64,000 bases of DNA from a virus. The notes beneath the pieces were generated by a model. That model had not been told where the DNA came from. It did no database searches and saw only the letters and a program-made list of their open reading frames with translations. The position numbers and the translations under genes were made by a program. Location: the IMG/VR virus record IMGVR_UViG_3300032132_000004, positions 9,034-73,033 of that record; one strand, written 5' to 3'. Of the stretch, positions 16,087-25,652 are shown piece by piece (position 1 is the first letter of the stretch; the number at the start of each line of letters is the position of its first letter).

Positions 16087-19000
16087 TTAATCCGTTAAAG
16101 CTGTTACTACATAATAGTACGTAACCCCGTTAGTTAGACCAGTGTGTAAAAAGTTACTAAGAGTAAGAATAGAACCATTTACCTGTGTATAAGGTCCTCC
16201 TTGATTAGTAGATTGATAAACGTTGTAGCCAAGGAGGTTACTTTCAGTATTATCATTCCAATAAAGATTTACAAACTCATCCCCTGGGACTGCTGTAAGG
16301 CCTGTGGGTGCTACTACTGGAGGAGGAATATTTGGAATGCCCGCTACTTCAGCACTTTGTGGGGATTGGAACGATCCAAAGCTATCCCTAATAGTAGAAG
16401 GAAAAGCAGTTACTACATAATAGTACGTAACCCCGTTAGTAAGTCCTGTATCTACATAGGAGTTAGTACCTAAATAACGAGGCACTACTTGCTCATAAGG
16501 TCCTCCTGAAATTAAAGATCTCCAAAGTAGATAAAATACAGGATCTGTATTATCAGTCCAAGTAAGACTAAGAGTTCCATCGTTAGGAGTTACCGTTAGC
16601 CCCGTAGGTGCTGCTGGTATGGAGTCTACATACCAGCCAGGATTAATAAGAGGTTCTGTAAAAGATACAATCCCAGCAGTTTGTATACTATCATGAAGCC
16701 ATACGTTGTTAGAAACAGTAGGATTGCCTTGAAGTGAAACCCCTAAAGGAGTATCAACTTGGTAACCTCTAAGAATTCTATTATTTTTAAAAACTACATT
16801 CTTGGGAATATTATCAGAGTTACCATCATCAGGTTCTCTGCCTGTAATATTAAGAAATCTTATACCTGCATTGATCCAGTTATCTTCAATAAGAACGTCC
16901 TTAATACCTCCCTGGGGGACATTACCCCCAAGACCAATCTGCAAAGCAACACCATCTCCCCAAGGATTCCCAGGTCCAGCATGTTCACCAAGTACTTCCA
17001 TGGCTTGATGATGAGGAATATCAAAGAAGTTTCCTTTAATATCTATACCATTTCCTTTTCGTACTTCTAAAGCATTAAAAATTTCTGTATTGTAACCTAA
17101 GTGGTGAATCCAGTTTGCTTCAATAGTAGTACCAATACTATTTAATGGAGTCTTAGCATCTACTACAATACCATCCTGCCCCATAGAATGAAGCTCACAG
17201 TATCGTAGATTAAAATCATAGCCTATTATCCCTGCTTTTGCAAAGTTTTTAATTTCTGCATTCTCAATAGTAACTCCTCCAAAGAATCTATTAGGAGAAA
17301 GACCATCAAGAGGAGCATTGCATATAATACCATAGTCTGGTCCGTCTGTAGGGGAGACAGTTGATCCTACAACACTGAAGTTTCTAAGAGTTACAGGTAT
17401 AGTAGTGGCACACCATATTGGACCGTCATGAGAGAAGTTTTCAAATACCGTTGCCTCCGTAGTCTCCCCAGTTACAGGATCATAATTGCTAAAGTTCTGT
17501 GCAACAGCGTCATCATTAATAACAAGTACACCATCCTGATTAATAGCAAAAGAATATGAGTCAGAAGCTGGTACTAAACTCCCTGCCCATCCTGTATTTC
17601 CTGCACCTGGGGTAAGGTCTATAGGGGGTGGTGCTCCTTCGCCTGAGGCTAAAGCTGTTATCTGCTCTTGCGTAAGAGCTTGAGCAAACAGACGAACATC
17701 ATCAATACGCCCATGGAATGATTTGTCAGAGGGTCCACCTGGGGGCTGGTTTCCTATTGCTACAGGAATGCCAGCGTTAACTGCAACGCTCCCTGTTTTA
17801 GGAGTGCTGCCAACCTCAAGTCCATCTAGGAACAACTTCATTGTTGTTCCATCATATAAAGCAACAGCATGATGCCATGTATTAGTTTGCAATGCTCCTT
17901 GAGAAGCTATAAGAGTAGAAGTTGTAGTACCAGTCTTTAGACGGAAGCGTAAGCGAGTTTCTCCTTGCTCAGTAATAGTACTTAGCATCCAATGATGTTC
18001 TTGCTCTTGCACTCCTACAGCTTTGGACATTATTCTAGCATCAGTAATACCAAAGGAATCAGCATTAAACCAAGTGGCTAAAGTAAAAGCACTTCCAGGG
18101 ACATCTACATTCCCAACATCTACACGATCCTCTTCTCCATCAAAAACTAAGGACCAAAGGGAGGACTGCTCAGGAGAGGGATCTCCCCAAGTCGCACCTA
18201 CTATAGTTCCATCATTAAATCCATACCCTGAGTCTACTGTTGTAAGACCTGTTCCTTCTTCGAAAGACCAGTGGCCCAAAGGAGGACCAAGTGGAGGAGG
18301 TGGCGCAGGAGTGGCAGTAACTCCAGAACTCTGTGGAGACTCCTCTGCATCTGCGTTTACAGCAGTTACAACATAGTAGTACTGAGTACCATTTTCTACA
18401 AGATCGTCTAAGTAAGAAGTACCAGTAATTAAACCAGCGTTTTGTAAAACAAAGCTACCCCTTGGAGACTCTGAACGGAAAACATTATACCCATCAATGT
18501 TTGATTCTGAGTTAGCGTCCCAAGTAAGGGTTACAAGTTCGTCCCCTGGGTTTGCATTTAGACCTGTAGGTGCTGCTGGTGGGCCTGTGGGGGGAGCAGT
18601 TCCTGCTCCGTTAAAAAAACAAAGCTCTCCAAACAAAGGTGAGGAAGGAGGAGAGGTAAATCCATTAATAATACTTCTTTCCGGGGGATAGTGCTCATCG
18701 TCGAATACAGTAGCATACATATCTGTATCTTCTATACCGCACCACCTATTTCCTGTAACTACAGTAGGATTAGCTCCTCCTTGGTCAAGAGAGATAGGAC
18801 CAAACGCATATAAATCACCAAATATATTATCTCTAACAAAACAATTTTGAGGGAAAGGATAAGAGGCATTCTTTCTTTCAACGTATACAATATTATTACC
18901 ACCGTTCATCCAATTGTTATCAATACGAAGACCTTCAGGTCCTCCATCTATTCCGTGGGTATCATTACTAGATTGAATAATTACAGCAGCATTAGATTTA

Positions 19001-20109
19001 TAAATCCAGCTACCTCCTAAAGTGTAAGGAGCAGTATGTGTAGCGGCTCCTGCTATTGCAGCTAAGGTATCATAAGGAGCTTCGGGTCCAAGATTGTTAT
19101 AATCATTAGGCCAAACAGGATTTGGGTCGCTTGGGTTTTTTGGAGGGGGGTTTGGCCCAAACCCTTCTAAAGATTGCGTCCACCTACCAGCCCCCGCAAG
19201 CACAGGTGATCCATTAAGCATTACGGTTTCCCCTGTTACATTACCATTAACAGCCCATGGATAACTGCCTCCTTGTATAGATCCCATAGGAGCTAGATTC
19301 GGAGTTTGTAAATTTCCTGTAACACCTCCCTTAGGGACTGATAGTGGATCTACCGCAGGAGTATGCGTGCCAGGGTGATTAGGATGGGGCATATCACAAA
19401 AGTTATGGTGAAAATTAACATCCCTACCTAGATTTCTAATCTGAAGTGCATCACAATGAGAGTGTATCCCGCGACCGTTGTGATGAATCCAGTTATTATT
19501 TATCTCAGACCTCATAAGACTAAGCATAGAATCAGCACCAGCATCATGCATATTATTATGGTGCCAATGATTTCTAGTCCCCTCTTCTACACCCCCATTA
19601 CATATAATATGCTGGCTAATAGGATTAAGCATTTCACAAAAACGAATCTCCGTGGAGGAGTGTAAAGTATTGGCAGAAGGTATATTAACACATTGAGAAT
19701 TAGAAAATGCTGCATCAATCCAACAATCTTCAATCAATATGTTATTGGCTTTTTGAGCTTCCGTACCTTTAATTAATATGCTACGTAGATCACACTTCTT
19801 TATAGTACAATTACTATGCCTGATTTCTATATAAGAAGTAGCAATAACATTTTCTATAATTTGATTATCTGCTGTTGTTTTTATACGTGTTCCATTCCAT
19901 AAGGGGTGATTTTCTTGAGAGATAAAAGTAATATCAGTCTTCTCTACTGGTGTATGTCCTATAACAATAGCCCCAGGTCCAGTGTTGGTAGGTCCTGGCT
20001 TTTCTACTCCTCCAATAATATTTTGAGTTGGAACTCCGGTATCTCGTACAGTAACAATACGACCTTCTTTTCTAACTTTCTTATAATAACGATCTCTACG
20101 TTGTGCCAT
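16087..20109 (-). CDS. Large multidomain virion surface protein: two right-handed beta-helices, three FN3 domains and a LamG domain
   Basis: NNWIHH/HCDALQ and IEDNWING beta-helix repeats; PAAPTGL...LTW...YYYVVTA three times; HWSFEEG...WHH...YDG...FHGRIDDVRLF (Laminin_G_3). Confidence 0.85.
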   Translation of the reverse strand: MAQRRDRYYKKVRKEGRIVTVRDTGVPTQNIIGGVEKPGPTNTGPGAIVIGHTPVEKTDITFISQENHPLWNGTRIKTTADNQIIENVIATSYIEIRHSNCTIKKCDLRSILIKGTEAQKANNILIEDCWIDAAFSNSQCVNIPSANTLHSSTEIRFCEMLNPISQHIICNGGVEEGTRNHWHHNNMHDAGADSMLSLMRSEINNNWIHHNGRGIHSHCDALQIRNLGRDVNFHHNFCDMPHPNHPGTHTPAVDPLSVPKGGVTGNLQTPNLAPMGSIQGGSYPWAVNGNVTGETVMLNGSPVLAGAGRWTQSLEGFGPNPPPKNPSDPNPVWPNDYNNLGPEAPYDTLAAIAGAATHTAPYTLGGSWIYKSNAAVIIQSSNDTHGIDGGPEGLRIDNNWMNGGNNIVYVERKNASYPFPQNCFVRDNIFGDLYAFGPISLDQGGANPTVVTGNRWCGIEDTDMYATVFDDEHYPPERSIINGFTSPPSSPLFGELCFFNGAGTAPPTGPPAAPTGLNANPGDELVTLTWDANSESNIDGYNVFRSESPRGSFVLQNAGLITGTSYLDDLVENGTQYYYVVTAVNADAEESPQSSGVTATPAPPPPLGPPLGHWSFEEGTGLTTVDSGYGFNDGTIVGATWGDPSPEQSSLWSLVFDGEEDRVDVGNVDVPGSAFTLATWFNADSFGITDARIMSKAVGVQEQEHHWMLSTITEQGETRLRFRLKTGTTTSTLIASQGALQTNTWHHAVALYDGTTMKLFLDGLEVGSTPKTGSVAVNAGIPVAIGNQPPGGPSDKSFHGRIDDVRLFAQALTQEQITALASGEGAPPPIDLTPGAGNTGWAGSLVPASDSYSFAINQDGVLVINDDAVAQNFSNYDPVTGETTEATVFENFSHDGPIWCATTIPVTLRNFSVVGSTVSPTDGPDYGIICNAPLDGLSPNRFFGGVTIENAEIKNFAKAGIIGYDFNLRYCELHSMGQDGIVVDAKTPLNSIGTTIEANWIHHLGYNTEIFNALEVRKGNGIDIKGNFFDIPHHQAMEVLGEHAGPGNPWGDGVALQIGLGGNVPQGGIKDVLIEDNWINAGIRFLNITGREPDDGNSDNIPKNVVFKNNRILRGYQVDTPLGVSLQGNPTVSNNVWLHDSIQTAGIVSFTEPLINPGWYVDSIPAAPTGLTVTPNDGTLSLTWTDNTDPVFYLLWRSLISGGPYEQVVPRYLGTNSYVDTGLTNGVTYYYVVTAFPSTIRDSFGSFQSPQSAEVAGIPNIPPPVVAPTGLTAVPGDEFVNLYWNDNTESNLLGYNVYQSTNQGGPYTQVNGSILTLSNFLHTGLTNGVTYYYVVTALTD
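16103..16440. repeat. Exact 32-bp direct repeat between tandem FN3 domains
   Basis: gttactacataatagtacgtaaccccgttagt at 16103-16134 and 16409-16440. Confidence 0.9.
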
Positions 20110-20114
20110 TGGAG

Positions 20115-20831
20115 TTATTCTTCCTTAAGTTCTTCTATTTCCCCTGTAGAAGTTACTAGAAATTTAGGGTTAGGAATGTAGGTTCTGAATACTATATTAA
20201 ATGTCTTCTTCAAAATCCTATCTTCTTTGTCAGTAGCTGTAACTTGACCAGCATCTTCTTCACTTGTTATGTATGCTTTTGCTAAGGTAGAGAAGCTTGT
20301 TGGTACATTCATTTCTGGATTAAATTTTAGTCTAACTTGTTCTGCTATTTGATCCATATCAGAAGCATACTTAGACCATACATTTAACTGATAGGTAATG
20401 TTTACTGCTTTAGGAGCAAAGCTAAGGACTCTAATAGCTCTATGCTTACTCTCATCCCAGTACTTCTCATGCACAAGGATACTCTCTGATCTCTGTCGTT
20501 CTGTATCGTCCTCTGATATTGTCTGGGATACTGAGAGGATAGGAAGTATGATATTATTCTCTTGGAAGAGCTTGGCTACACTACGTTCTGCGTTAGCGTA
20601 TATACATTTTATGTCATTGAACTTCTCTTCGGAATCAATATAACCTACATCGTTAAAAGATGCGATCATAGCTCTTAAAGATTCCTTGTAGACAAAGGAT
20701 ATATTGTGCTTAGCCTTTGTCATCTTAGCTATCTTCTTTTTGATATCACCTTCTCTAGTAGGAAAATACCTGTTCCTACTCTCAAAAGAAGAGGTGTCTA
20801 GCTCGTTGCTTATGTAATATTCAAAAGGCAT
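20115..20831 (-). CDS. gp15: Tail terminator / sheath stabiliser (T4 gp15-like)
   Basis: ILPILSV, P.AVNITYQLNVWSKY..DMDQIAEQVRLKFNP, similar to gp15 DDMFQIVEQILPYF.P. Confidence 0.8.
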   Translation of the reverse strand: MPFEYYISNELDTSSFESRNRYFPTREGDIKKKIAKMTKAKHNISFVYKESLRAMIASFNDVGYIDSEEKFNDIKCIYANAERSVAKLFQENNIILPILSVSQTISEDDTERQRSESILVHEKYWDESKHRAIRVLSFAPKAVNITYQLNVWSKYASDMDQIAEQVRLKFNPEMNVPTSFSTLAKAYITSEEDAGQVTATDKEDRILKKTFNIVFRTYIPNPKFLVTSTGEIEELKEE

Positions 20832-20833
20832 GG

Positions 20834-21556
20834 TTAGTTATCTGTAGCCACACAGCAATCAGTATTTCTATAAGTATTATCACAGATTAGCATTTTATTA
20901 TAAAAGTCGGTCATAGCTCCAATAAGATCGTTTTCAAACTCATCATTTGCTTCTTTACGCCCATCCATATTACAATACATTTCAAATGCTTGTAGATAAC
21001 ATTGCCTCCTTCGGTGTAGGTTCTGGTGCGTGCTATCACATATTCCCTGTGCGGTAGTAAGTCGTCTCCCTGCCTCCATATAAAGAGGACTAAAGTATTT
21101 AAACATAGCACTATCTAAATCAGCAGCTAAACCATTTTGCGCTGATAGCAGACAAAGAATCCAAGCTGCTCTTGCCGCAGCCTCACATGCTGCATCTAGA
21201 ACGAAGCCAGGGGGACAAGTTTTCTTTGGAGGAGAAGGATAATTAGAGGCCTCTCTTATAAGATCCATAACTGATTCAGTTATAGAGTCTGGGCTCCTCC
21301 AACAATCTGAGGGAGGCTGTATTCCCCCTGAGCTTTGAGCAGCATACTGTATTTCGTCCTCTCTCTTTTCCCTTCTCCTAATTAGATTTAATTTTTTAGC
21401 ATAGGCTAAAGGGTCCTCCCCCACCTTAGCCGCTGGAACTGTTCTTGTGTTAGCAGTAACAGGAGTAGTTGTTACATTAGCGTCTGCAACAGGAACGGTA
21501 ACTAGCTTTCCATCTTTCCTAATAGTTACAAATTCTTTATCTCTTCGTTTTGGCAT
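20834..21556 (-). CDS. Cysteine-rich hypothetical protein in the neck cluster
   Basis: 240-aa ORF packed between gp14 and gp15; its N-terminal peptide resembles that of the 1340-aa protein. Confidence 0.7.
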   Translation of the reverse strand: MPKRRDKEFVTIRKDGKLVTVPVADANVTTTPVTANTRTVPAAKVGEDPLAYAKKLNLIRRREKREDEIQYAAQSSGGIQPPSDCWRSPDSITESVMDLIREASNYPSPPKKTCPPGFVLDAACEAAARAAWILCLLSAQNGLAADLDSAMFKYFSPLYMEAGRRLTTAQGICDSTHQNLHRRRQCYLQAFEMYCNMDGRKEANDEFENDLIGAMTDFYNKMLICDNTYRNTDCCVATDN

Positions 21557-22135
21557 TTAATTATCTCCTATCCCTGTATAACCACCAAGGTCATCACTTA
21601 TCTGAGTAAGGTTTGTATCCTGCGTATCAGGAGCATCACGAAGAAGTTTAGCAGAGCATACTAGGTGGTAAACACCATAAGACTCAAAGCCATCCTCAAC
21701 TACCTCAAAGATCTCATACTTCTGATCCTGAAAGAAAGGTTTGAGTATATCCCCAGGCATTACTGGGCGACCTAGCTTCCTTTCAATATAACTCTTATTG
21801 AACGTGAACAACTGATCGTTAGTTAATTCAATACCGAACTGTGTAAGCTCTTCGCTCATGGAGATAGGATCGTAGTGCCCATGTACTGTAATGGGGGTAT
21901 TAGAGATAGGCTTGTTCCTAGACTCCATGTACACAGGATCGTACTCTTGTGATTGAAGGTACTTATAGAAATGAAACTTAGAACCAGCAAGCTTAATCAA
22001 TTCGTCATCTACTAGGTTAAATAGATTAATATCAGCATTCTCCTGATCGAAAAGATTTAATAGACTATCTCCATCCCCGTCAATATCTCTAAGTTCGGGA
22101 GGTTTAGTCGTAGCTTTGTAGTTCTTCTTTGCCAT
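21557..22135 (-). CDS. gp14: Neck protein / head closure (T4 gp14-like)
   Basis: LVDDELIKLAG, DPVYME, LTQFGIE...FTF, P.PGDIL, YEIFEV. Confidence 0.8.
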   Translation of the reverse strand: MAKKNYKATTKPPELRDIDGDGDSLLNLFDQENADINLFNLVDDELIKLAGSKFHFYKYLQSQEYDPVYMESRNKPISNTPITVHGHYDPISMSEELTQFGIELTNDQLFTFNKSYIERKLGRPVMPGDILKPFFQDQKYEIFEVVEDGFESYGVYHLVCSAKLLRDAPDTQDTNLTQISDDLGGYTGIGDN

Positions 22136-22798
22136 TTACCTATCCCCAGGAGCCGCCCTTCTTTCCTTATCGGCCCTGAAATCCGCTTTCCTATCGTTTG
22201 GATTCTCTGGTCCTAGGCCTACCTTCCTGTTCTTATTCCTTGCTCTATTTGTCTTCTGTGCCTGAGCCACTAAATTGGGAGTATCTGCCCCAGGCCCAAC
22301 CTTTGTACGTATCCTTTTCTCTATTTTATTAACTGCCTTAGTAACGTCCCTCTTAACTTTACCATCTCCAATGTTTTTCCTTTTTACACCAGTATAGTGT
22401 TTAGCTATAGGCCCAGTTGGTAGACCAGCATTTTCATAGATAGTTTTTCCTAGTCTACGATAAAAGGAAAAAGCTTCTGATACTTCGTCTTCGTCAGTAG
22501 TAGTCAAGCTGACCTTATTGCGCTTATTGTTAATCATATTTGTTACCTTATCTGTTGCCATATCTGTTCCCTTATCTATTGCCATATCTGTTGCCTTCTT
22601 CTTAACCCCTCTACCGACAGCCTTAGATCCTTGTACGGCACCTTTACCAGCAGCAGACAAGCCCCTACCTCCAGCCTTCGCAGCCCCTACGGCACCTCTA
22701 CCAGCAACAGCCAAGCCCCTAGCAGCGACTGAACCTACCTTAGCTAGCCCAGCAATAATAGGGGCAATCTCGTCAATTCTTTCTTGTTCTGTTTTCAT
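22136..22798 (-). CDS. Basic Gly/Ala-rich protein, probable internal head protein
   Basis: Start reassigned to ATG 22798 (MKTEQERIDEIAPII), 4 nt after the gp13 stop. Contains I-D-E, V-S-E and I-Y-E candidate cleavage sites. Confidence 0.65.
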   Translation of the reverse strand: MKTEQERIDEIAPIIAGLAKVGSVAARGLAVAGRGAVGAAKAGGRGLSAAGKGAVQGSKAVGRGVKKKATDMAIDKGTDMATDKVTNMINNKRNKVSLTTTDEDEVSEAFSFYRRLGKTIYENAGLPTGPIAKHYTGVKRKNIGDGKVKRDVTKAVNKIEKRIRTKVGPGADTPNLVAQAQKTNRARNKNRKVGLGPENPNDRKADFRADKERRAAPGDR

Positions 22799-22802
22799 AA
22801 TA

Positions 22803-23687
22803 TTAAAATAGTGTGAAGGCCGGAGGCTCTTCAATCTCAAGTAGAAGCTCTTCTTTGAGCTTTTCTTTCTCTTCGGTACTCTGAGCAGTAAGCTCAGGAC
22901 CATTCAGAACAGCACCACCTCCTGGGGATGGTAGAGATTTATACTTACCTCTAATCTCCCCAAGGATACCTTTAGCAACAGCTAAAGCATATCGTTGGAT
23001 CCAGTTCTTGTAATAAGGGTGCATTGTATAGGAATCTAAAGCCCTATAAATAACGATAACAGGCTCACCAGTTCTTACAGGAGTCGGATACACTTGAAGT
23101 ACGTTACCGTTAATAAGATCAAAGGTCCCCTCCTGGCTTAGGACTTTCCTCATGGTTTCCATATGTGTTTGGAGAAGGTAGTAATCTGAGATAGAGAAGT
23201 TACTAAAGAGGAAGTTGTCTTGGAAGTACTTGATAAAGAAATCGTACTCTAGTGTTCCAGCCATGTTCTGAATGCTTAGTAAGGACTTCTTATAGGCCAC
23301 ATAAGAGAGGTTGTAGGCGATATGTCTTGGTAGGACATAAGCGTTTACTCCTGCTAAGGTAGCGAAGGTTGCTACTTGTGTGCAACCAAAGGGAGCATGA
23401 TAATCAAGATTAGAAATAGCCTCATCTATTGCTATCTTAATTTGAAAATCTGTTAGTTCTACGCGAACTACAGGATGTCCTAACCTGCCGAGAATGTAAT
23501 CTCTAACAGTTTGCTCAAGAGGGTTTAACTCTACACCACTATCAAGTAGATTAGTATTAAGCTTAGAACTATCTATTGCTGTGTTGTAGATATCAGTGTC
23601 CCCTAAATGCGTACCCGCATATGTTCCAAAGGTATCTCCATACCCTAATAAAATAGGGTCAACTCTAGGGGCTGCTGGTCCTGGCAT
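22803..23687 (-). CDS. gp13: Neck protein / head-tail adaptor (T4 gp13-like)
   Basis: DYILGRLGHPVVRVELTDFQI..AIDEA and WIQRYALAVAK..LG..RGKY..LP.PGG...LNG. Confidence 0.92.
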   Translation of the reverse strand: MPGPAAPRVDPILLGYGDTFGTYAGTHLGDTDIYNTAIDSSKLNTNLLDSGVELNPLEQTVRDYILGRLGHPVVRVELTDFQIKIAIDEAISNLDYHAPFGCTQVATFATLAGVNAYVLPRHIAYNLSYVAYKKSLLSIQNMAGTLEYDFFIKYFQDNFLFSNFSISDYYLLQTHMETMRKVLSQEGTFDLINGNVLQVYPTPVRTGEPVIVIYRALDSYTMHPYYKNWIQRYALAVAKGILGEIRGKYKSLPSPGGGAVLNGPELTAQSTEEKEKLKEELLLEIEEPPAFTLF

Positions 23688-23889
23688 TAGTAGGTTCCTC
23701 TTTTTTAGGGGGGTTAGGGAGTTTTTCTTTCCCCTTGAGCTTTCTTTCCTTAGGTTCCTTAAGAAGCTCTAAGTATCTAGAGCTAACTAAGCTTTTAGAT
23801 TCAAATAATTCTGAAGGTCTTATTTCTACAACTTCTTCATCTATATGAAGAAGCATATTCCATCTACATTTGCTTCTATACTTATACAT
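23665..23889 (-). CDS. Small basic hypothetical protein
   Basis: ATG preceded by GGAG; lies between the capsid terminator and gp13. Confidence 0.65.
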   Translation of the reverse strand: MYKYRSKCRWNMLLHIDEEVVEIRPSELFESKSLVSSRYLELLKEPKERKLKGKEKLPNPPKKEEPTNARTSSP

Positions 23890-23915
23890 TATGCTCCATA
23901 GTATATAGGACTGAA

Positions 23916-23950
23916 AAGAGGGCTAGAGGAAAAAAACCTCTAGCCCTCTT
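23916..23950 (-). terminator. Rho-independent terminator after the major capsid gene
   Basis: 14-bp perfect stem AAGAGGGCTAGAGG / CCTCTAGCCCTCTT, 7-nt loop, ending in TTTT on the minus strand. Confidence 0.85.
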
Positions 23951-23971
23951 GTATTAAGTAATTACTAACTA

Positions 23972-25633
23972 CTAGGAAACAGAAACACCGCTGACCGTAG
24001 TGTTACGAGAGAACGGGCTGAATAGGTAGTTAGATGTTGGGCCAATCACGCGGATTACTCTGTAGAATCTACTGTATGGCTCAATCTGTACCTTACCATA
24101 ACGAGTAAGGATACCCTTCCTTGGTTGGAAGGACTCTGGATCCACAATGGTTGGCAACTGCTGTAGTGGGATGTAGGGTGCATAAATGAACCCAGAATCC
24201 ATAGCGTTGGAACCTTTATAACCCATAAGAATTTCATCTTGTGGGTACATTGGATCTACGTAGAGGTCATAACGACCCATAAACTTACCTTTGTATTCAA
24301 TGGAGTTCTTACCGAAGTTGGTAGGACCATCTCCACTCTGAATACCACCTTCAAGCTTAGTAGCACTCTCAAGAAGAGAAGCCATAAGAGGAGAAGTTAG
24401 TAGCCAGTTGCCTGGACCGCGCATAGTTGTGCGGTAGATATCTTGCGAAGCAAGGTTAATCAAGGCAAGTAGGTTAGCGTATACCTCGCCAACGTGACGA
24501 GGAGCCAAACCGTCCTCCATTCCAAAATCAATAACAAAGACGTTAGAGCCTACACCAGAACCATCTCCTGGCATCTCAGTCGAAGTTCCTGTGCCTTGAG
24601 CACCATTAAAATCATAAGTAAACTGTGCTGGGATAAAGGTTCCTGCGCTAGCAGAATCAACGATACCTGGGCTACCACCCATGTTAATGTAGCTACTGTC
24701 CATAAGGTTTTGATTAACTCCACCCATGTTTCGTCCACGGAAACCATAACCAATCATGCGAAGATCTTCAATGAGTTCACGGTCGATCTCAAGTTGAAGT
24801 TCCTTCGAAAGAAGATCAGTAAGTTCGCGCTCAAGATCAAGGTTATGGTATGCTTTAAGATCTTGAGAAGCCTCAAGAGTCCAAAGAGCACGCATCTTAC
24901 GAGTGTTGGCAACAACTGCCTCTTGCTCGATATGGAAGGTCATCTCTGGGATGCCCGTTCCTGTTAGACGCTCACCAGCCGAAAGCTGATAACCCATTAC
25001 TGAACTTGTGTTGGGCCATGCACCAATTTGACCACCCATGGTACCAGAACCAGCACCTGCACCTTGAATTGAAGTACCTGAACCAGCCAAGACATTGGAG
25101 AGGTCGAAGCCACTCTGGGCATCATCACCGTCAAGACCAGGACCAGAAGTTCCGAACTGGCCTCCGCCCGCAGTAGTAAGTGATCCCCCAACACCAGCAG
25201 CAAGACCAGTCTCCAATGAACCAACACGCTGTGCAACATTACCTTGGTAGGTAAGGTTGAACTTACTGTAAACAGCTTGGATATCACCAGTACCAGCACC
25301 ACCATTTCTGGCTCTAGAGTTACCTAGGTAGAAGACCTGTGAGACAGGACCCTGCATAGGCTGCACTCCGCAAAGGGAGTGGGCTAGAAGTTTTGGGTAA
25401 ACCCGACGAACGAGAGGGAAAGCAAACTTTTGGAAGGTACCAAGCTGACCAGTTGTGGTGGCAGCAGCGGAGATAGCTTCATCAAGGTTTCTTGATTTCT
25501 CTTCAACAATGGATTTTGCTTGGTTCTCAAGCAATTGCGCTGTTACGCGCCGAACATAGTCATTGTCGATGCCCTCAAGGACAGGCTCCCACCTCTGGAC
25601 TAATTTTTCATCTGTTTGATGCATAAATTCCAT
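23972..25633 (-). CDS. gp23: Major capsid protein (T4 gp23-like)
   Basis: WEPVLEG...AQLLENQ, PLVRR, GVQPMQGP, RKMRA.WTLE..QDLKA.H.LD.E.EL, EIDRE, YAPYIPL, SFQPR.G..TRYG. Confidence 0.98.
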   Translation of the reverse strand: MEFMHQTDEKLVQRWEPVLEGIDNDYVRRVTAQLLENQAKSIVEEKSRNLDEAISAAATTTGQLGTFQKFAFPLVRRVYPKLLAHSLCGVQPMQGPVSQVFYLGNSRARNGGAGTGDIQAVYSKFNLTYQGNVAQRVGSLETGLAAGVGGSLTTAGGGQFGTSGPGLDGDDAQSGFDLSNVLAGSGTSIQGAGAGSGTMGGQIGAWPNTSSVMGYQLSAGERLTGTGIPEMTFHIEQEAVVANTRKMRALWTLEASQDLKAYHNLDLERELTDLLSKELQLEIDRELIEDLRMIGYGFRGRNMGGVNQNLMDSSYINMGGSPGIVDSASAGTFIPAQFTYDFNGAQGTGTSTEMPGDGSGVGSNVFVIDFGMEDGLAPRHVGEVYANLLALINLASQDIYRTTMRGPGNWLLTSPLMASLLESATKLEGGIQSGDGPTNFGKNSIEYKGKFMGRYDLYVDPMYPQDEILMGYKGSNAMDSGFIYAPYIPLQQLPTIVDPESFQPRKGILTRYGKVQIEPYSRFYRVIRVIGPTSNYLFSPFSRNTTVSGVSVS

Positions 25634-25652
25634 AATAATAAATCCTTAAAGA

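Noticed and set aside
16087-16089. Stop-codon reassignment (alternative genetic code)
   Set aside because: TAA, TAG and TGA all end well-defined genes elsewhere in the window and coding density is already near complete; only this one stop looks internal.
16103-16510. Repeat pair as diversity-generating retroelement TR/VR
   Set aside because: Explained by FN3 domain duplication; no adenine-specific mismatch pattern and no reverse transcriptase in the window.
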